Assembly: GCA_042691655.1 (NCBI GenBank)
Contig: CP170506.1
Coordinates: 2,217,298 to 2,281,297, forward strand
Direction of reading: 5' to 3'
Length of the DNA: 64,000 bases
Origin: Chthoniobacteraceae bacterium
Lineage (GTDB): Bacteria; Verrucomicrobiota; Verrucomicrobiia; Chthoniobacterales; Chthoniobacteraceae
Below the pieces are notes generated by a model. It saw nothing but the letters and a program-made list of their open reading frames with translations, made no database searches and was not told the origin of the DNA. A program made the translations under genes and the position numbers. Shown here one piece after another: positions 20,729 to 31,331 of the stretch (within the stretch, counting starts at the first letter, position 1; every line of letters starts with the position of its first letter).

Positions 20729-21043
20729 ATGAAACTTCCTCGAATCCCCTTTGTTCCGTCTTTGGTGATTTGGATCATCAATACCATTTCGGTATTTGCG
20801 TTAAGAGAGTCTCTCAACGATCTTTACAGAGGCTCGCGCTGGAAGCCGTCAATGGAGAACCCCGTGTGGCACTATCTTCCACTAGCCGTGGTGCTGATCC
20901 TCCTTGGATTGATGCCTTTATTCAGAGACGCCACGAAATATCGGACGGCTTACCGTCTGCTGAACCTGACTTGCGCCTTGCTCGGCGTGGTTTTCTTTTA
21001 CCGCTGGTGGTTGCAACTCGTCCTGGATATTACGGCTATCTGA
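20729..21043 (+). CDS. hypothetical small membrane protein
   Basis: 104 aa, three predicted TM helices. Lower GC (~50%). Confidence 0.4.
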   Translation: MKLPRIPFVPSLVIWIINTISVFALRESLNDLYRGSRWKPSMENPVWHYLPLAVVLILLGLMPLFRDATKYRTAYRLLNLTCALLGVVFFYRWWLQLVLDITAI

Positions 21044-21049
21044 ACCCCA

Positions 21050-21961
21050 TCACGGCACAAACTTCGTCGTCGGCGCACCGGAATCCCCGATCAGCCCCTC
21101 GACGGTTGCGATGACTCCCTCGGAGACGCCCTCCAGCCACTCGTAGTTGAGCTGGTCCGGCGTATCCGTAGCCTTGTGGTAGTGGCGGTAGCGCAGGCGG
21201 GCGGTATCCGTAAGGAGCAGGGCGGGGAAGCCCTCTTTCCAAAACGGCCACTGACCCGAGTCGCGCGCGCCGGGGAAATTCGTGGAGAGCGTGAGCGGCT
21301 TGAGCGCGATGGCTGAGCGGCTTTGCCACAGGCCGCTGACCCGCTCCAGCAGCGGGCGCGAGGGCTTGTTGCCGATCAGCGCCAGGAAATTGGCTTTTTT
21401 GGGCAAGAGCAACCCGCCAAAGGAGAGCCACTGGCTGCCCGGTTCTTCGGAGGAAAAGCCCAATGTATCCAAGCTGAGCATGCCGAGGATATTTTCGCCG
21501 CGTTGCCCGCAGCGCGCGGCGTAAAGGGCGCTCCCCATCTCGGGGGTGCGTGCAAAGGGCCGTTCCCCATTGGCAAAGGCCAGCAGACGCAACGTGCGCG
21601 CGCCCGGTTTGCGCGAAAAATGCCGGGCCAGGGCGAGCAGGACGGCCACCCCGGAGGCGTTGTCGTTCGCGCCGGGCGAACCGGCCACGGTGTCGTAATG
21701 CGCCCCCACGACGAAAATATCCGCCGGACGCCGCGCCCCCCGGATCTCCAGTTCGATATTGGCGACCTGCTTGCCCTTGGATTGGAATTCCAGGCGCTCC
21801 GGTTCCCGGTCATTTTCCGAAAACACCGCCGTGATATACGCAGCCGCCTCCTTGAGCGCCCCGTATTTTCGGTCGTTGCGCTCCCCGATCGTGCCGGCCA
21901 GGCGGGTGATGTCTTGCTTGAGGCGTTGTTCCATGGCTAATGCGCGCTTGCTTTCCCGCAA
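21050..21961 (-). CDS. M28-family zinc aminopeptidase
   Basis: Zn-ligand context HYDTV...GANDNASG (M28 signature). Confidence 0.8.
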   Translation of the reverse strand: MRESKRALAMEQRLKQDITRLAGTIGERNDRKYGALKEAAAYITAVFSENDREPERLEFQSKGKQVANIELEIRGARRPADIFVVGAHYDTVAGSPGANDNASGVAVLLALARHFSRKPGARTLRLLAFANGERPFARTPEMGSALYAARCGQRGENILGMLSLDTLGFSSEEPGSQWLSFGGLLLPKKANFLALIGNKPSRPLLERVSGLWQSRSAIALKPLTLSTNFPGARDSGQWPFWKEGFPALLLTDTARLRYRHYHKATDTPDQLNYEWLEGVSEGVIATVEGLIGDSGAPTTKFVP

Positions 21962-22065
21962 AGAAGGTTCGCGCGCCTCGGGCCGGTTGGACGCGCTCCG
22001 CGCGCAGCGTTGACCGCTCTCGATATAGAGGCAACAATCAGCTTTGGAAAAAGGGAGCGCGAATT

Positions 22066-23109
22066 ATGAAAATCAGCGGGCTTTTACGATGGGGCCTCAT
22101 CGGGGCCGTATTGGCGTTGGCGTTGCGGTTGACCCGGCGCGGCATGTCGCTAGCGGGGAAAGTGGTCTTGATTACCGGCGGCTCGCGAGGGCTCGGCCTG
22201 GCGCTGGCCCGGGAGTTTGCCCGGCGCGGTGCGCGAATTGCCATTGTGGCCCGCGACAAAGCCGAACTCGACCGGGCAAAAGAGGACCTCCTCCAACGCG
22301 GCGCGGAAGTCTGGACCGGCATTTGCGATTTGCGCGACCGGGAGCAAATCTCGGCGGCCATCCGCGAGGTGGTCAGCTATTTCGGCGGGCTTGACGTGCT
22401 GGTCAACAACGCGGGTCTCATGACCGTAGGGCCCGTCGAGTCGATGACCGACGACGACTTCGACAAAGCCCTTTCCGTCCACTTCTGGGCCCCCTACTAC
22501 GCCATGAACGCCGCCATCCCCCACCTCAAGGGGCGCGATGGGCGGATCGTGAACATCGTTTCCATCGGCGGCAAAGTGGCCCTGCCCCACATGGCCCCCT
22601 ATACCGCGAGCAAGTTTGCGCTGGCCGGACTTTCGCAAGCCTTCCGGGCGGAACTCATCAAAGACGGCATCAAAGTGACCACGGTTTTCCCGGGGCTGAT
22701 GCGCACCGGCTCGCACCTCAACGCGCTTTTCAAGGGCAAGAACGAGGCGGAATACCGCTGGTTTTCCCTGGGCGTGGCCTCGCCTGCCAGCTCGATTTCC
22801 GCCACACGCGCGGCCCGGCAGATCGTGCGCGCCGCTCAGCTCGGGCAGCCGCAGTTGATCGTGAGCTTCCAGGCCCGCCTCCTGGCGCTGGCCGCCGCGA
22901 TCTTCCCAAACCTGACCGGGCGCGCCCTTTCCGCCGTCAACCGCTCCCTGCCCGCAATGCCGGAGCAGGATCACGAGATGCGCACGGGTTGGGAGAGCCA
23001 ATCGGGGGGCATCTATTCGCGGCTGATGCACTTTGCCGACAAAGCTGGCGAGTCGCTCAACGAACGTCGCGGCCACACCTCGGCTGCGAGCGAGCGCCAC
23101 GACGGGTAA
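22066..23109 (+). CDS. SDR-family oxidoreductase with N-terminal membrane anchor
   Basis: ATG 22066 preceded by AAGGGAG. TGGSRGLG Rossmann motif, catalytic Y-x3-K (YTASK). Confidence 0.85.
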   Translation: MKISGLLRWGLIGAVLALALRLTRRGMSLAGKVVLITGGSRGLGLALAREFARRGARIAIVARDKAELDRAKEDLLQRGAEVWTGICDLRDREQISAAIREVVSYFGGLDVLVNNAGLMTVGPVESMTDDDFDKALSVHFWAPYYAMNAAIPHLKGRDGRIVNIVSIGGKVALPHMAPYTASKFALAGLSQAFRAELIKDGIKVTTVFPGLMRTGSHLNALFKGKNEAEYRWFSLGVASPASSISATRAARQIVRAAQLGQPQLIVSFQARLLALAAAIFPNLTGRALSAVNRSLPAMPEQDHEMRTGWESQSGGIYSRLMHFADKAGESLNERRGHTSAASERHDG

Positions 23110-23130
23110 CTCGTTCTTGATCGCTATTTT

Positions 23131-23568
23131 CTACAGCTTCACCACTTCCCACCTTGGGATCAACCCCTGGACCAACTCCAGCCAGGCGTAGCTCGACGGG
23201 TGAGCGTGGTTCGGTTTGCCGACGCTGCCCGGATTGTAGAAACGGACGTCCCCGATTTTCTCATTGCGCGGGATGTGCGTATGCCCGTGCACCACGATGT
23301 CGATGGCCGGGGGGGCCATCAGCGGCGGAATGTGCACCAGCCGGATGCGGAACCCCTCGCGTTCCAATTCGCGCACCCACGGCCAGCTCATATTCCAGTC
23401 CCCGTTGCCCCGCACCACGTAGAACGGCAGCCCCAAGTCCCAGATCGGGTCCAGCGTGCTTTCATCGGTCACGTCGCCGAGGTGCCATATTTCATCCGCC
23501 TTCGCGATCTGCTCGGGAAGGTAACGGGGAAGACGGTTGTGGGTGTCGGCAAGGACTGCAATACGCAT
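23131..23568 (-). CDS. metallophosphoesterase (YfcE/MJ0936 family)
   Basis: 145 aa. DxH...GD...GNxD...H...GHxH phosphoesterase motifs. Confidence 0.85.
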   Translation of the reverse strand: MRIAVLADTHNRLPRYLPEQIAKADEIWHLGDVTDESTLDPIWDLGLPFYVVRGNGDWNMSWPWVRELEREGFRIRLVHIPPLMAPPAIDIVVHGHTHIPRNEKIGDVRFYNPGSVGKPNHAHPSSYAWLELVQGLIPRWEVVKL

Positions 23569-23611
23569 AAACCTCTAATAAAGATCAACCCGAGGCCTTT
23601 ATGGCAAGGCC

Positions 23612-23857
23612 CTACTTTCGTAACAGCTTGTAAATCCACAATAAAAGCACCGCGCCGAGGATCGAGGTGATGAAGCCCGCGGGCTGCCCGGGCTGGTACC
23701 ACCCCATCGCCTGCCCCACCACCGCCGCCACCACGCTACCTGCGATGCCGAGGAGCGCCGTGGGCAGGCACCCCGAGGGGCCCGTGTTCCGGGTCATGAT
23801 CAGCTTGGCGATAAAGCCGATAATCAGACCCATTACCACCGAGATAATAATGCTCAT
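23612..23857 (-). CDS. GlsB/YeaQ/YmgE family membrane protein (paralog)
   Basis: 81 aa, ~50% identical in pattern to the 7720-7977 product. Confidence 0.8.
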   Translation of the reverse strand: MSIIISVVMGLIIGFIAKLIMTRNTGPSGCLPTALLGIAGSVVAAVVGQAMGWYQPGQPAGFITSILGAVLLLWIYKLLRK

Positions 23858-23884
23858 ACCAAGGTTCTTCGGCCCACGGCCCCG

Positions 23885-24856
23885 TCAGCGGCTGCGCAGG
23901 CTTTTCCACTTCGTCCGCAGGAAGTTACGAAAATGCCCCGGGCGCAGATACTGGAGGTAGATCCCCCAGCGCCTTAAGCGCCCGTCGCACGCCCCCCCGG
24001 CGCGAATATCCAGGCACCAGTCCACCGCCGTCTCGAAGAGCACCTCCTCGCCAAACCAGCGTTCCCATTCCGCGCGCGCCCGGGCCGCCAGTTCCACCGC
24101 CCGGGGTTCCAGCTCTGCCAGGATCCGGGGCAGCTCCAGCACGTCCCGCTCCGGCACCCGCACTGAAAAAGCATCCCAGCGCGGCCCGTCGGGCTCCACC
24201 CAGTCATCGGAAAGGATCACCGGCGCGCGGCCCATGCGCATTGTCTCAAAAAGGCGGATCGACGAACACCCCACCCCCCGGGGGCAGAGCACGAACCGGC
24301 TCTCCCGCACCGTCTCTTTATAGGAATCCACGTCGGCCTGATCGTCCGCGCGGTAGATGAACTTCATTTTTTCCGAGGTATCCACGAGCCGAAACCGGGG
24401 GTCCTCAATCTGCTTGAGCTTGCTGCGCACCGCCGCGTTGCAGCACGACCCGACGAAACTGTAGAGCCACCGGGCCTCAGGGTTGAACGGGATGAAGTCA
24501 AACCGGGACCGCTCGCCGATATGCGGGTAAAACCCGGAACGCGTCCAGGCCCGGTCGTGCCATTTTTGCTCAATCGAGGCGTAAATCCCCGGCAGAAAGG
24601 CAATCGGCCTGTCCTCCGGGTCGATCACGAAGCATTTTTTCCAGTAACAGCGGAAAAACGCGCTCTGCCGGATGGCTCGCAGATAGGGAGCCGGGCCCTC
24701 GTCGCAAAAAAGAATAAGATCCGCCTCGTCCGGATCATCCGTTAAACAATGTTTTCGCCCACCGGACAGCTCCGCGCTCAAGCGCAGCAAATCGTAACGG
24801 CCCCGATGCCACTGGGCATCCGGACGCTGACAGGTCGTTAAGCAAACCTTGGCCAC
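23885..24856 (-). CDS. exostosin-like (GT47) glycosyltransferase
   Basis: C-terminal RFVLCPRGVGCSSIRLFETMRMGRAPVILSDDW matches the exostosin family core. GTG at 24856 avoids overlap with the purS start. The ATG at 25009 is the alternative. Confidence 0.6.
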   Translation of the reverse strand: MAKVCLTTCQRPDAQWHRGRYDLLRLSAELSGGRKHCLTDDPDEADLILFCDEGPAPYLRAIRQSAFFRCYWKKCFVIDPEDRPIAFLPGIYASIEQKWHDRAWTRSGFYPHIGERSRFDFIPFNPEARWLYSFVGSCCNAAVRSKLKQIEDPRFRLVDTSEKMKFIYRADDQADVDSYKETVRESRFVLCPRGVGCSSIRLFETMRMGRAPVILSDDWVEPDGPRWDAFSVRVPERDVLELPRILAELEPRAVELAARARAEWERWFGEEVLFETAVDWCLDIRAGGACDGRLRRWGIYLQYLRPGHFRNFLRTKWKSLRSR

Positions 24857-25011
24857 AGGGCGGGAAGCGTTTTCCAGGAGCCCGCGCCTTGTCAAGGGAA
24901 ATGGGCCAGACCTAGAATATCGAGGCCAAACCCCAGTGCGGATGCCTCGAAACAACGAAATTGGAATTTCGAGTTGAACTTTCGGGCCTCCTTTTCCATC
25001 CTGTCCCACTT

Positions 25012-25260
25012 ATGAAAGCCCGAGTTACCGTCATGCCCAAAAAGAGCGTTCTGGACCCCCAGGGAGTGGCCGTTCGCAACGCCATCGCCACCCAGGGCTT
25101 CCCGCAAGTCCAGTCCGTCCGGATCGGCAAAGTCATGGAAATCGAGATCGACGACCAAGGGCTTGACCGCAAAACCGCCGAAGCCCGCCTCCACCAGATT
25201 TCCAACGATCTCCTCTCCAACCCGGTCATCGAAGACTACGTTCTGGAAATCGAGGGCTAA
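25012..25260 (+). CDS. purS: phosphoribosylformylglycinamidine synthase subunit PurS
   Basis: 82 aa ([18 protein letters not shown]...). Directly upstream of purQ/purL. Confidence 0.85.
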   Translation: MKARVTVMPKKSVLDPQGVAVRNAIATQGFPQVQSVRIGKVMEIEIDDQGLDRKTAEARLHQISNDLLSNPVIEDYVLEIEG

Positions 25261-25310
25261 AACCCGGAGATTTTTGCCCAAAGAGTGGTATTGTTGATTC
25301 CTTTTCATTC

Positions 25311-26018
25311 ATGAAAGCCGCCGTCATCCGTTTCCCTGGCTCGAACTGCGACCAGGACTGTCACCACGCCTTGCAAAACGTTTTTGGGGTAAAAACCGAC
25401 TACGTTTGGCATAAAGAATCGAGCTTGAAGGGCTACGATCTCGTCGTTCTCCCCGGCGGATTCTCCTACGGCGACTACCTGCGCTGCGGGGCCATCGCCC
25501 GCTTCTCGCCCATCATGAAAGCCGTGGTGGACTACGCCAACGCAGGCGGCCTCACGATCGGCATCTGCAACGGCTTCCAGGTGCTCACCGAGTCCCGCCT
25601 GCTCCCGGGCGCGCTCGTGCGTAACCGCTCGCTCCATTTCATCTGCAAACACGTTCACCTGCGCGTCGGGGCGACCGATAACCCCTTCCTCAACGCCGCC
25701 AAGCCCGGCCAGGTGCTCAACGTCCCCATCGCCCACGGCGAGGGCAACTACACCGCCGACGAGGCCACGCTCCAGGAACTGCAAGCCAACCACCAAATCC
25801 TGGTCCGCTACTGCGACGCCAAGGGCGAAGTCACCGAAGCCGCCAACCCGAACGGGTCCCTCAACAACATCGCGGGCATCTGCAACGCGGGCCGCAACGT
25901 CTTCGGCCTGATGCCCCACCCCGAACGCGCCTGCGAAACTCGCCTTGGCAGCACCGACGGCAAAGCCATCTTCGCCTCCATCCTCAACCACCTGGGCGCC
26001 AAAGCCGCCGTAGCTTAG
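25311..26018 (+). CDS. purQ: phosphoribosylformylglycinamidine synthase glutaminase subunit PurQ
   Basis: Class I GATase with catalytic Cys (GICNGFQ) and His/Glu. Confidence 0.93.
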   Translation: MKAAVIRFPGSNCDQDCHHALQNVFGVKTDYVWHKESSLKGYDLVVLPGGFSYGDYLRCGAIARFSPIMKAVVDYANAGGLTIGICNGFQVLTESRLLPGALVRNRSLHFICKHVHLRVGATDNPFLNAAKPGQVLNVPIAHGEGNYTADEATLQELQANHQILVRYCDAKGEVTEAANPNGSLNNIAGICNAGRNVFGLMPHPERACETRLGSTDGKAIFASILNHLGAKAAVA

Positions 26019-26034
26019 TTTTACCTTTTCACCA

Positions 26035-28284
26035 GTGAACACCACCGCCGTCAGCCTCCCGCCCGACCCCGAAATCACCGATGCCGTCATCGCCAAGCAC
26101 GGCATCACGCCCGACGAATACCAGCAGATCCAGAAGATCCTCGGCCGCGTGCCGAACTTCACCGAACTGGGCATCTTCTCGGTCATGTGGAGCGAGCACT
26201 GCTCTTACAAAAACTCCAAGCCCGAGCTGAAAAAATTCCCGACCACCGGCCCGACCGTGCTGGTCAAAGCGGGCGAGGAAAACGCGGGCGTCATCGACGT
26301 GGGCGACGGCTGGGGCATCGCGTTCAAGATGGAGAGCCACAACCACCCGAGCGCCATTGAGCCCTTCCAGGGCGCGGCCACGGGCGTCGGCGGCATCATT
26401 CGCGACATCTTCACCATGGGCGCGCGGCCCGTGTTCAACCTCGATTCCCTGCGCTTCGGCTCCATCGAAGGCGACAGCGAGAGCGCCAAGACCAACCGCC
26501 GCCTCTTTGCAGGCGTCGTCGCGGGCGTCGCCCATTACGGCAACTGTATCGGCATCCCCACCATCGGCGGCGAGGTCTACTTCGACGACAGCTACGAAGG
26601 CAACCCGCTCGTCAACGTCCTCTGCCTCGGCGTCCTCAAGCATGACGAAATCGCCCGCGGCGCGGCCAAGGGCATCGGCAACCCGGTCTTCTACGTCGGC
26701 GCCGAAACCGGCCGCGACGGCCTCGCCGGAGCCGCCTTCGCCTCGCGCGAATTGACCGAAGAATCCAAGCAGGACCGCCCCGCCGTCCAGGTTGGCGATC
26801 CCTTTAAAGAGAAGCTCCTTCTCGAAGCCTGCCTGGAGCTCCTCACCACCGACGCCGTCGCGGGCATCCAGGACATGGGCGCGGCGGGCCTCACCTGCTC
26901 CACCTGCGAAACCGCCTCGCGCGGCAACACAGGCGTCGAGATCGACCTCGAAAAAGTGCCCAAGCGCGAAGTCGGCATGACCCCTTACGAGATCATGCTC
27001 AGCGAATCGCAAGAGCGCATGCTCATCATCGTTGAAAAGGGCAAAGAGCACATCGTTAAGCAGATTTTCGAGAAGTGGGACCTCCCCTACGCCGAAGTCG
27101 GCACCGTGAAAGACGACGGCATGATGCGCGTCAAAGTCGGCGACGTCACCGTGGCCGAAATCCCGGCCCGCCAGCTCGCCGACGAAGCCCCCATCTATCA
27201 CCGCGAGACCAAGGCCAAAGCAGCCCCCGCCCCGCTCTGCGAAATTCCTAAAGCCGACGTCCAGTTCGCCCTTGGCAAGCTCCTCGCCGACCCCTCCATC
27301 GCCTCCAAAGAATGGGTCTACCGCCAATACGACCACATGGTCCGCGACGGCACGATGGTCCTACCCGGCTCCGACGCCGCCGTGTTCATCGTCCGCGAGG
27401 CCGATAAAATCCTCGCCGCCACCAGCGACTGCAACGCCATCTACTGCCAGCTCGACCCGCGCGAAGGCGCCCGCCTCGCCGTCGCCGAAGCCGCCCGCAA
27501 CCTCGCCTGCTCCGGCGCGGTCCCGCTCGCCGTCACCGACAACCTCAACTTCGGCAACCCGCACAAGCCCGAGAACTTCTGGCAGCTGCGCGAGTGCGTC
27601 GAAGGCGTGGCCGAAGGGTGCGTCGCGTTTGACACCCCCGTCACCGGCGGCAACGTCAGCCTTTACAACGAAAACCCGAACGGGGCCATCGACCCGACCC
27701 CGACCATTGCCATGGTCGGCATCATCACGGACGAAAAGCACGTCACCACCAGCTTCTTCAAAAAAGCGGGTGACGCCGTCATCCTCCTGGGTGAACTCGG
27801 CAGCGAAATGGGCGGCAGCCACTACTTGAAGGTCCTCTTCGGCCGCAAGGAAGGCGTCCCGCCGCGGGTCGACTTCCAAAAAGAGCGCACCCTGCACGAC
27901 ACCCTGCGCGCCCAAATCGCCGAGGGCCTCGTCGCCAGCGCCCATGACTGCGCCGAAGGCGGTCTCGCCGTCGCGCTCGCCGAAAGCGGCATCGCGGGCC
28001 AGGAAGTCCTCGGAGCCGAAATCGACTTCGGCACGACCGGCCTCGCCCCCGAAGTCCTCCTCTTTAACGAAACGCAAACGCGCGTCATCCTCTCCGCTAA
28101 GCCGGAAAACGTCGCGGCCCTCCTTGCCCAAGCTGAAAAAGCAGGCATCCCGGCCCGGCGCATCGGCACCGTGGGCGGCGCGCAGCTCGTCATCAAAGCC
28201 GACGGCACCGAAACCCGCTGGCAAGCCGGGGAACTCGCCCAAACGTGGCACGGCTCCATCGGCTCGTGTATGTCGCGGAACTAA
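26035..28284 (+). CDS. purL: phosphoribosylformylglycinamidine synthase subunit PurL
   Basis: 749 aa. Duplicated PurM-like domains of small PurL. Confidence 0.95.
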   Translation: MNTTAVSLPPDPEITDAVIAKHGITPDEYQQIQKILGRVPNFTELGIFSVMWSEHCSYKNSKPELKKFPTTGPTVLVKAGEENAGVIDVGDGWGIAFKMESHNHPSAIEPFQGAATGVGGIIRDIFTMGARPVFNLDSLRFGSIEGDSESAKTNRRLFAGVVAGVAHYGNCIGIPTIGGEVYFDDSYEGNPLVNVLCLGVLKHDEIARGAAKGIGNPVFYVGAETGRDGLAGAAFASRELTEESKQDRPAVQVGDPFKEKLLLEACLELLTTDAVAGIQDMGAAGLTCSTCETASRGNTGVEIDLEKVPKREVGMTPYEIMLSESQERMLIIVEKGKEHIVKQIFEKWDLPYAEVGTVKDDGMMRVKVGDVTVAEIPARQLADEAPIYHRETKAKAAPAPLCEIPKADVQFALGKLLADPSIASKEWVYRQYDHMVRDGTMVLPGSDAAVFIVREADKILAATSDCNAIYCQLDPREGARLAVAEAARNLACSGAVPLAVTDNLNFGNPHKPENFWQLRECVEGVAEGCVAFDTPVTGGNVSLYNENPNGAIDPTPTIAMVGIITDEKHVTTSFFKKAGDAVILLGELGSEMGGSHYLKVLFGRKEGVPPRVDFQKERTLHDTLRAQIAEGLVASAHDCAEGGLAVALAESGIAGQEVLGAEIDFGTTGLAPEVLLFNETQTRVILSAKPENVAALLAQAEKAGIPARRIGTVGGAQLVIKADGTETRWQAGELAQTWHGSIGSCMSRN

Positions 28285-28410
28285 CTGATTCTTTTTAACC
28301 GCGAAAATGAGCCAAAGATGCAAAACCGGAACCAACAGCCTCCCCTTCTTGTAAAATTTCGGTAAAATTTGCAGCCTTCCACGCTTTTCGCGGATAAAGC
28401 CCTCTTCAAC

Positions 28411-29871
28411 ATGCCTCACACACCCATCCGGCCCAAAGACGAATGCGGCGTCTTTGCCGTCTATAATCATCCCAACGCTGCCGTACTGACTTATTACGGC
28501 CTGTTTGCCCTCCAGCATCGCGGTCAGGAGAGCGCGGGCATCGTCACCGCCAGCGGAGCCAACACGCCCTTTGTCGTCCACAAAGGCATGGGCCTCGTCT
28601 CGCAAGTGTTCCCCAACCCGGACTTGGAGAAACTCAAGGGCAACCGCGCCATCGGGCATGTGCGCTACTCCACCACGGGGTCGAGCAACATTAAGAACGC
28701 CCAGCCGCTCGTCGTCGACTGCGCCCGCGGCCAGATCGCCATCGGCCACAACGGCAACCTGGTCAACGCCGCCATCCTGCGGGACGAACTGGAGCGCTCC
28801 GGGTCGATCTTCCAGACCACCGTCGACAGCGAAATCATCCTGCACCTCCTCGCCCAGCCCGACAGCGTCAACGGCGGCGTCCTGGCCGCACTGCGCCGGG
28901 TCCAGGGAGCCTTTTCCCTCGTCATGATGGGCGAGCGCGAAATCATCGGCGTGCGCGATCCCTTCGGCTTCCGCCCGCTGGTCCTGGGCAAGCTCGACGG
29001 CGCTTACATCCTCTCCTCTGAAACGTGCGCGCTGGACTTGATCCACGCCGAATTCATCCGCGAGATCGAGCCCGGCGAAGTCGTCATCATCAACGAAGAC
29101 GGCATCCGCTCCGAGCACCCCTTCGAGCCGCAGAAGCGCTCCTTCTGCATGTTCGAGTACGTCTACTTCGCGCGGCCCGACAGCATTGTCGACGACATCA
29201 ACGTCGCCAAAGTCCGCACCGCCATGGGCCGCGAACTTGCCCGGCTGCACCCCGTCGAGGCCGACCTCGTCGTCCCCGTGCCCGACTCCGGCAACTACGC
29301 AGCCCTCGGTTTCGCCGAGGAGCTCGGCATCTCCTACGAGCACGCCTTCGTTCGCAACCACTACATCGGCCGAACCTTCCTTCAGCCCACCCAGCTGATC
29401 CGCGACTTCAATGTGCGGGTAAAGTTGAACCTCATCAAAGAGGCCGTGAAGGGCAAGCGCGTCGTCGTCGTTGACGATTCCATCGTGCGCGGCACCACCG
29501 CTCGCGCCCGCGTCGTCAACCTGCGCGAAGCCGGGGCCGCCGAGGTGCATATGCGCATCTCCTGCCCGCCCCACCGGCACGCCTGCCACTACGGCATCGA
29601 CTTCCCCGATCCGGCCAACCTGCTCGCCAACCAGTGCACCATTGACCAGATCCGCGAATACCTCGGGGCTGACTCCATCGGCTACCTCGACGTCGGCGGC
29701 ATGGTCCGGGCCACGGAAAAAACCTTCGACCGCTTCTGCCTGGCCTGCTTCAACGGCGAGTACCCGATCCCCGTCGATCCGAAACTCGACAAATTCATCA
29801 TGGAGCGCCGACAGAATCGCAAGACCCAGCTCATTGAGCCCCAACCTCAGGCGGATCTGTTTTCGAAATAA
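28411..29871 (+). CDS. purF: amidophosphoribosyltransferase
   Basis: 11-residue propeptide then Cys1 (MPHTPIRPKDE-CGVF), Ntn glutaminase plus PRTase domain. ATG 28411 is preferred over the ORF's 28369. Confidence 0.92.
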   Translation: MPHTPIRPKDECGVFAVYNHPNAAVLTYYGLFALQHRGQESAGIVTASGANTPFVVHKGMGLVSQVFPNPDLEKLKGNRAIGHVRYSTTGSSNIKNAQPLVVDCARGQIAIGHNGNLVNAAILRDELERSGSIFQTTVDSEIILHLLAQPDSVNGGVLAALRRVQGAFSLVMMGEREIIGVRDPFGFRPLVLGKLDGAYILSSETCALDLIHAEFIREIEPGEVVIINEDGIRSEHPFEPQKRSFCMFEYVYFARPDSIVDDINVAKVRTAMGRELARLHPVEADLVVPVPDSGNYAALGFAEELGISYEHAFVRNHYIGRTFLQPTQLIRDFNVRVKLNLIKEAVKGKRVVVVDDSIVRGTTARARVVNLREAGAAEVHMRISCPPHRHACHYGIDFPDPANLLANQCTIDQIREYLGADSIGYLDVGGMVRATEKTFDRFCLACFNGEYPIPVDPKLDKFIMERRQNRKTQLIEPQPQADLFSK

Positions 29872-29929
29872 AAACAGCGTAAAAACTGCCTTTCACAAAC
29901 CACGCCCAGCAGCGTAATCTCACCGTTTT

Positions 29930-30973
29930 ATGCCCAAAAAACCAGCACCAGCCCCTGCTCCGTCAAAGAAAGCCTACGCCCAGGCCGGCGTGGATGTCGA
30001 CCTCGGCAATGCCGTTAAGAGCCGCATCCAAAGCATGGTCAAAGTGACGCACGGGCCGGAAGTGCTCGCCAAAATCGGCGGTTTCGGCGGCCTCTTTAAA
30101 GCCGATTTCAAGGGCATGAAGGAGCCGGTCCTTGTTTCGAGCGTCGACGGCGTGGGCACGAAATTGAAGATCGCCTTCGCCTCGGGCCGCCACGACACCG
30201 TGGGCCAGGACTTGGTCAACCACTGCATCGACGACATCGCCGTCCTCGGAGCGCGTCCCCTCTTCTTCCTCGACTACATCGGGGCGGAAAAGCTGGAACC
30301 GGAGGTCTTCGAACAGATCCTCTCCGGCTTCACCAAAGCGTGCAAAGCGGGCGGCTGCGCGCTGATCGCCGGTGAAACGGCGCAGATGCCCGGCATGTAT
30401 CACCCCGGCGAATACGATCTGGCGGGCACCATCGTCGGCGTGGTCGATAAAAAGAAAGTCATCGACGGCAGCAAGATCAAGCCCGGCGACGTGGTCATTG
30501 GCCTGCCCTCCAACGGCCTCCACACCAACGGCTACTCGCTGGCCCGCAAAATCCTCTTCGAGACGATGGGGCTGAAATTCGACTCCAAGCTACCCGGCAT
30601 CGCCAAGCCGCTCGGCGACGAGCTCCTGCGCATTCACCGCAACTACCAGCCGCTCCTGGCCACGCTCCCGGAAGGGCTCGTCAAAGGCATCGCCCACATC
30701 ACCGGCGGCGGCCTGGTCGACAACTTCCCGCGCGTGCTGCCCGAGAACTGCGACGCCGTCATCGACACCAAGAGCTGGAAAGTCCCGCCGCTCTTCCAGA
30801 TCATGCAAGAAAACGGCAAGGTCGACCCGGCGGAAATGTACCAGGTCTTCAACATGGGCATCGGCATGACGCTGGTGGTCAAACCAGCCGACGTCCGCGA
30901 AACGGTGCTCCTCACCCGGGGCCGCCCGATCGGCAAGATCGAAAAGGGCTCCAAAAAGGTGCGCCTGGCGTAA
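29930..30973 (+). CDS. purM: phosphoribosylformylglycinamidine cyclo-ligase (AIR synthase)
   Basis: 347 aa PurM fold with conserved DxGxK and GGG motifs. Confidence 0.93.
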   Translation: MPKKPAPAPAPSKKAYAQAGVDVDLGNAVKSRIQSMVKVTHGPEVLAKIGGFGGLFKADFKGMKEPVLVSSVDGVGTKLKIAFASGRHDTVGQDLVNHCIDDIAVLGARPLFFLDYIGAEKLEPEVFEQILSGFTKACKAGGCALIAGETAQMPGMYHPGEYDLAGTIVGVVDKKKVIDGSKIKPGDVVIGLPSNGLHTNGYSLARKILFETMGLKFDSKLPGIAKPLGDELLRIHRNYQPLLATLPEGLVKGIAHITGGGLVDNFPRVLPENCDAVIDTKSWKVPPLFQIMQENGKVDPAEMYQVFNMGIGMTLVVKPADVRETVLLTRGRPIGKIEKGSKKVRLA

Positions 30974-30988
30974 TACTTCAGCTTGCAA

Positions 30989-31013
30989 GGGGGACTTCGG
31001 TCCCCCTTTTTTT
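30989..31013 (+). terminator. rho-independent terminator after purM
   Basis: GGGGGAC-TTCG-GTCCCCC hairpin followed by T7, 16 bp after the purM stop. Confidence 0.65.
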
Positions 31014-31331
31014 ATGTCCCCTCAGAAAACCTTGCGGATGGCAGCTTGCGGTGCCGCGTTTGCCTCGGCGGCGATCCATGCGGGGTATTTTTGCGTCATG
31101 CACAAGCTGCCGGTGTACGCGTTGCACGAAAGTCTTAATTTTTCCATCAAACGGAGCCACTGGGGCGCCACGGGGATCTCCCTGGCGCTCGCCAGTCTTG
31201 GCGCGGCTTTTTTGATCGCATCGCTGATCCCTAAGCCGCGCCTCTACGCCTCGTGGCTTAACTTGGCCACGTTCCTCTTTCTGGTCCCGGCCGCTTACAC
31301 CGGGTACTGCATCGTCCAGATTCTATTCTAG
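31014..31331 (+). CDS. hypothetical membrane protein
   Basis: 105 aa, 3 predicted TM helices. Starts immediately after the terminator T-run, so the call is weak. Confidence 0.3.
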   Translation: MSPQKTLRMAACGAAFASAAIHAGYFCVMHKLPVYALHESLNFSIKRSHWGATGISLALASLGAAFLIASLIPKPRLYASWLNLATFLFLVPAAYTGYCIVQILF

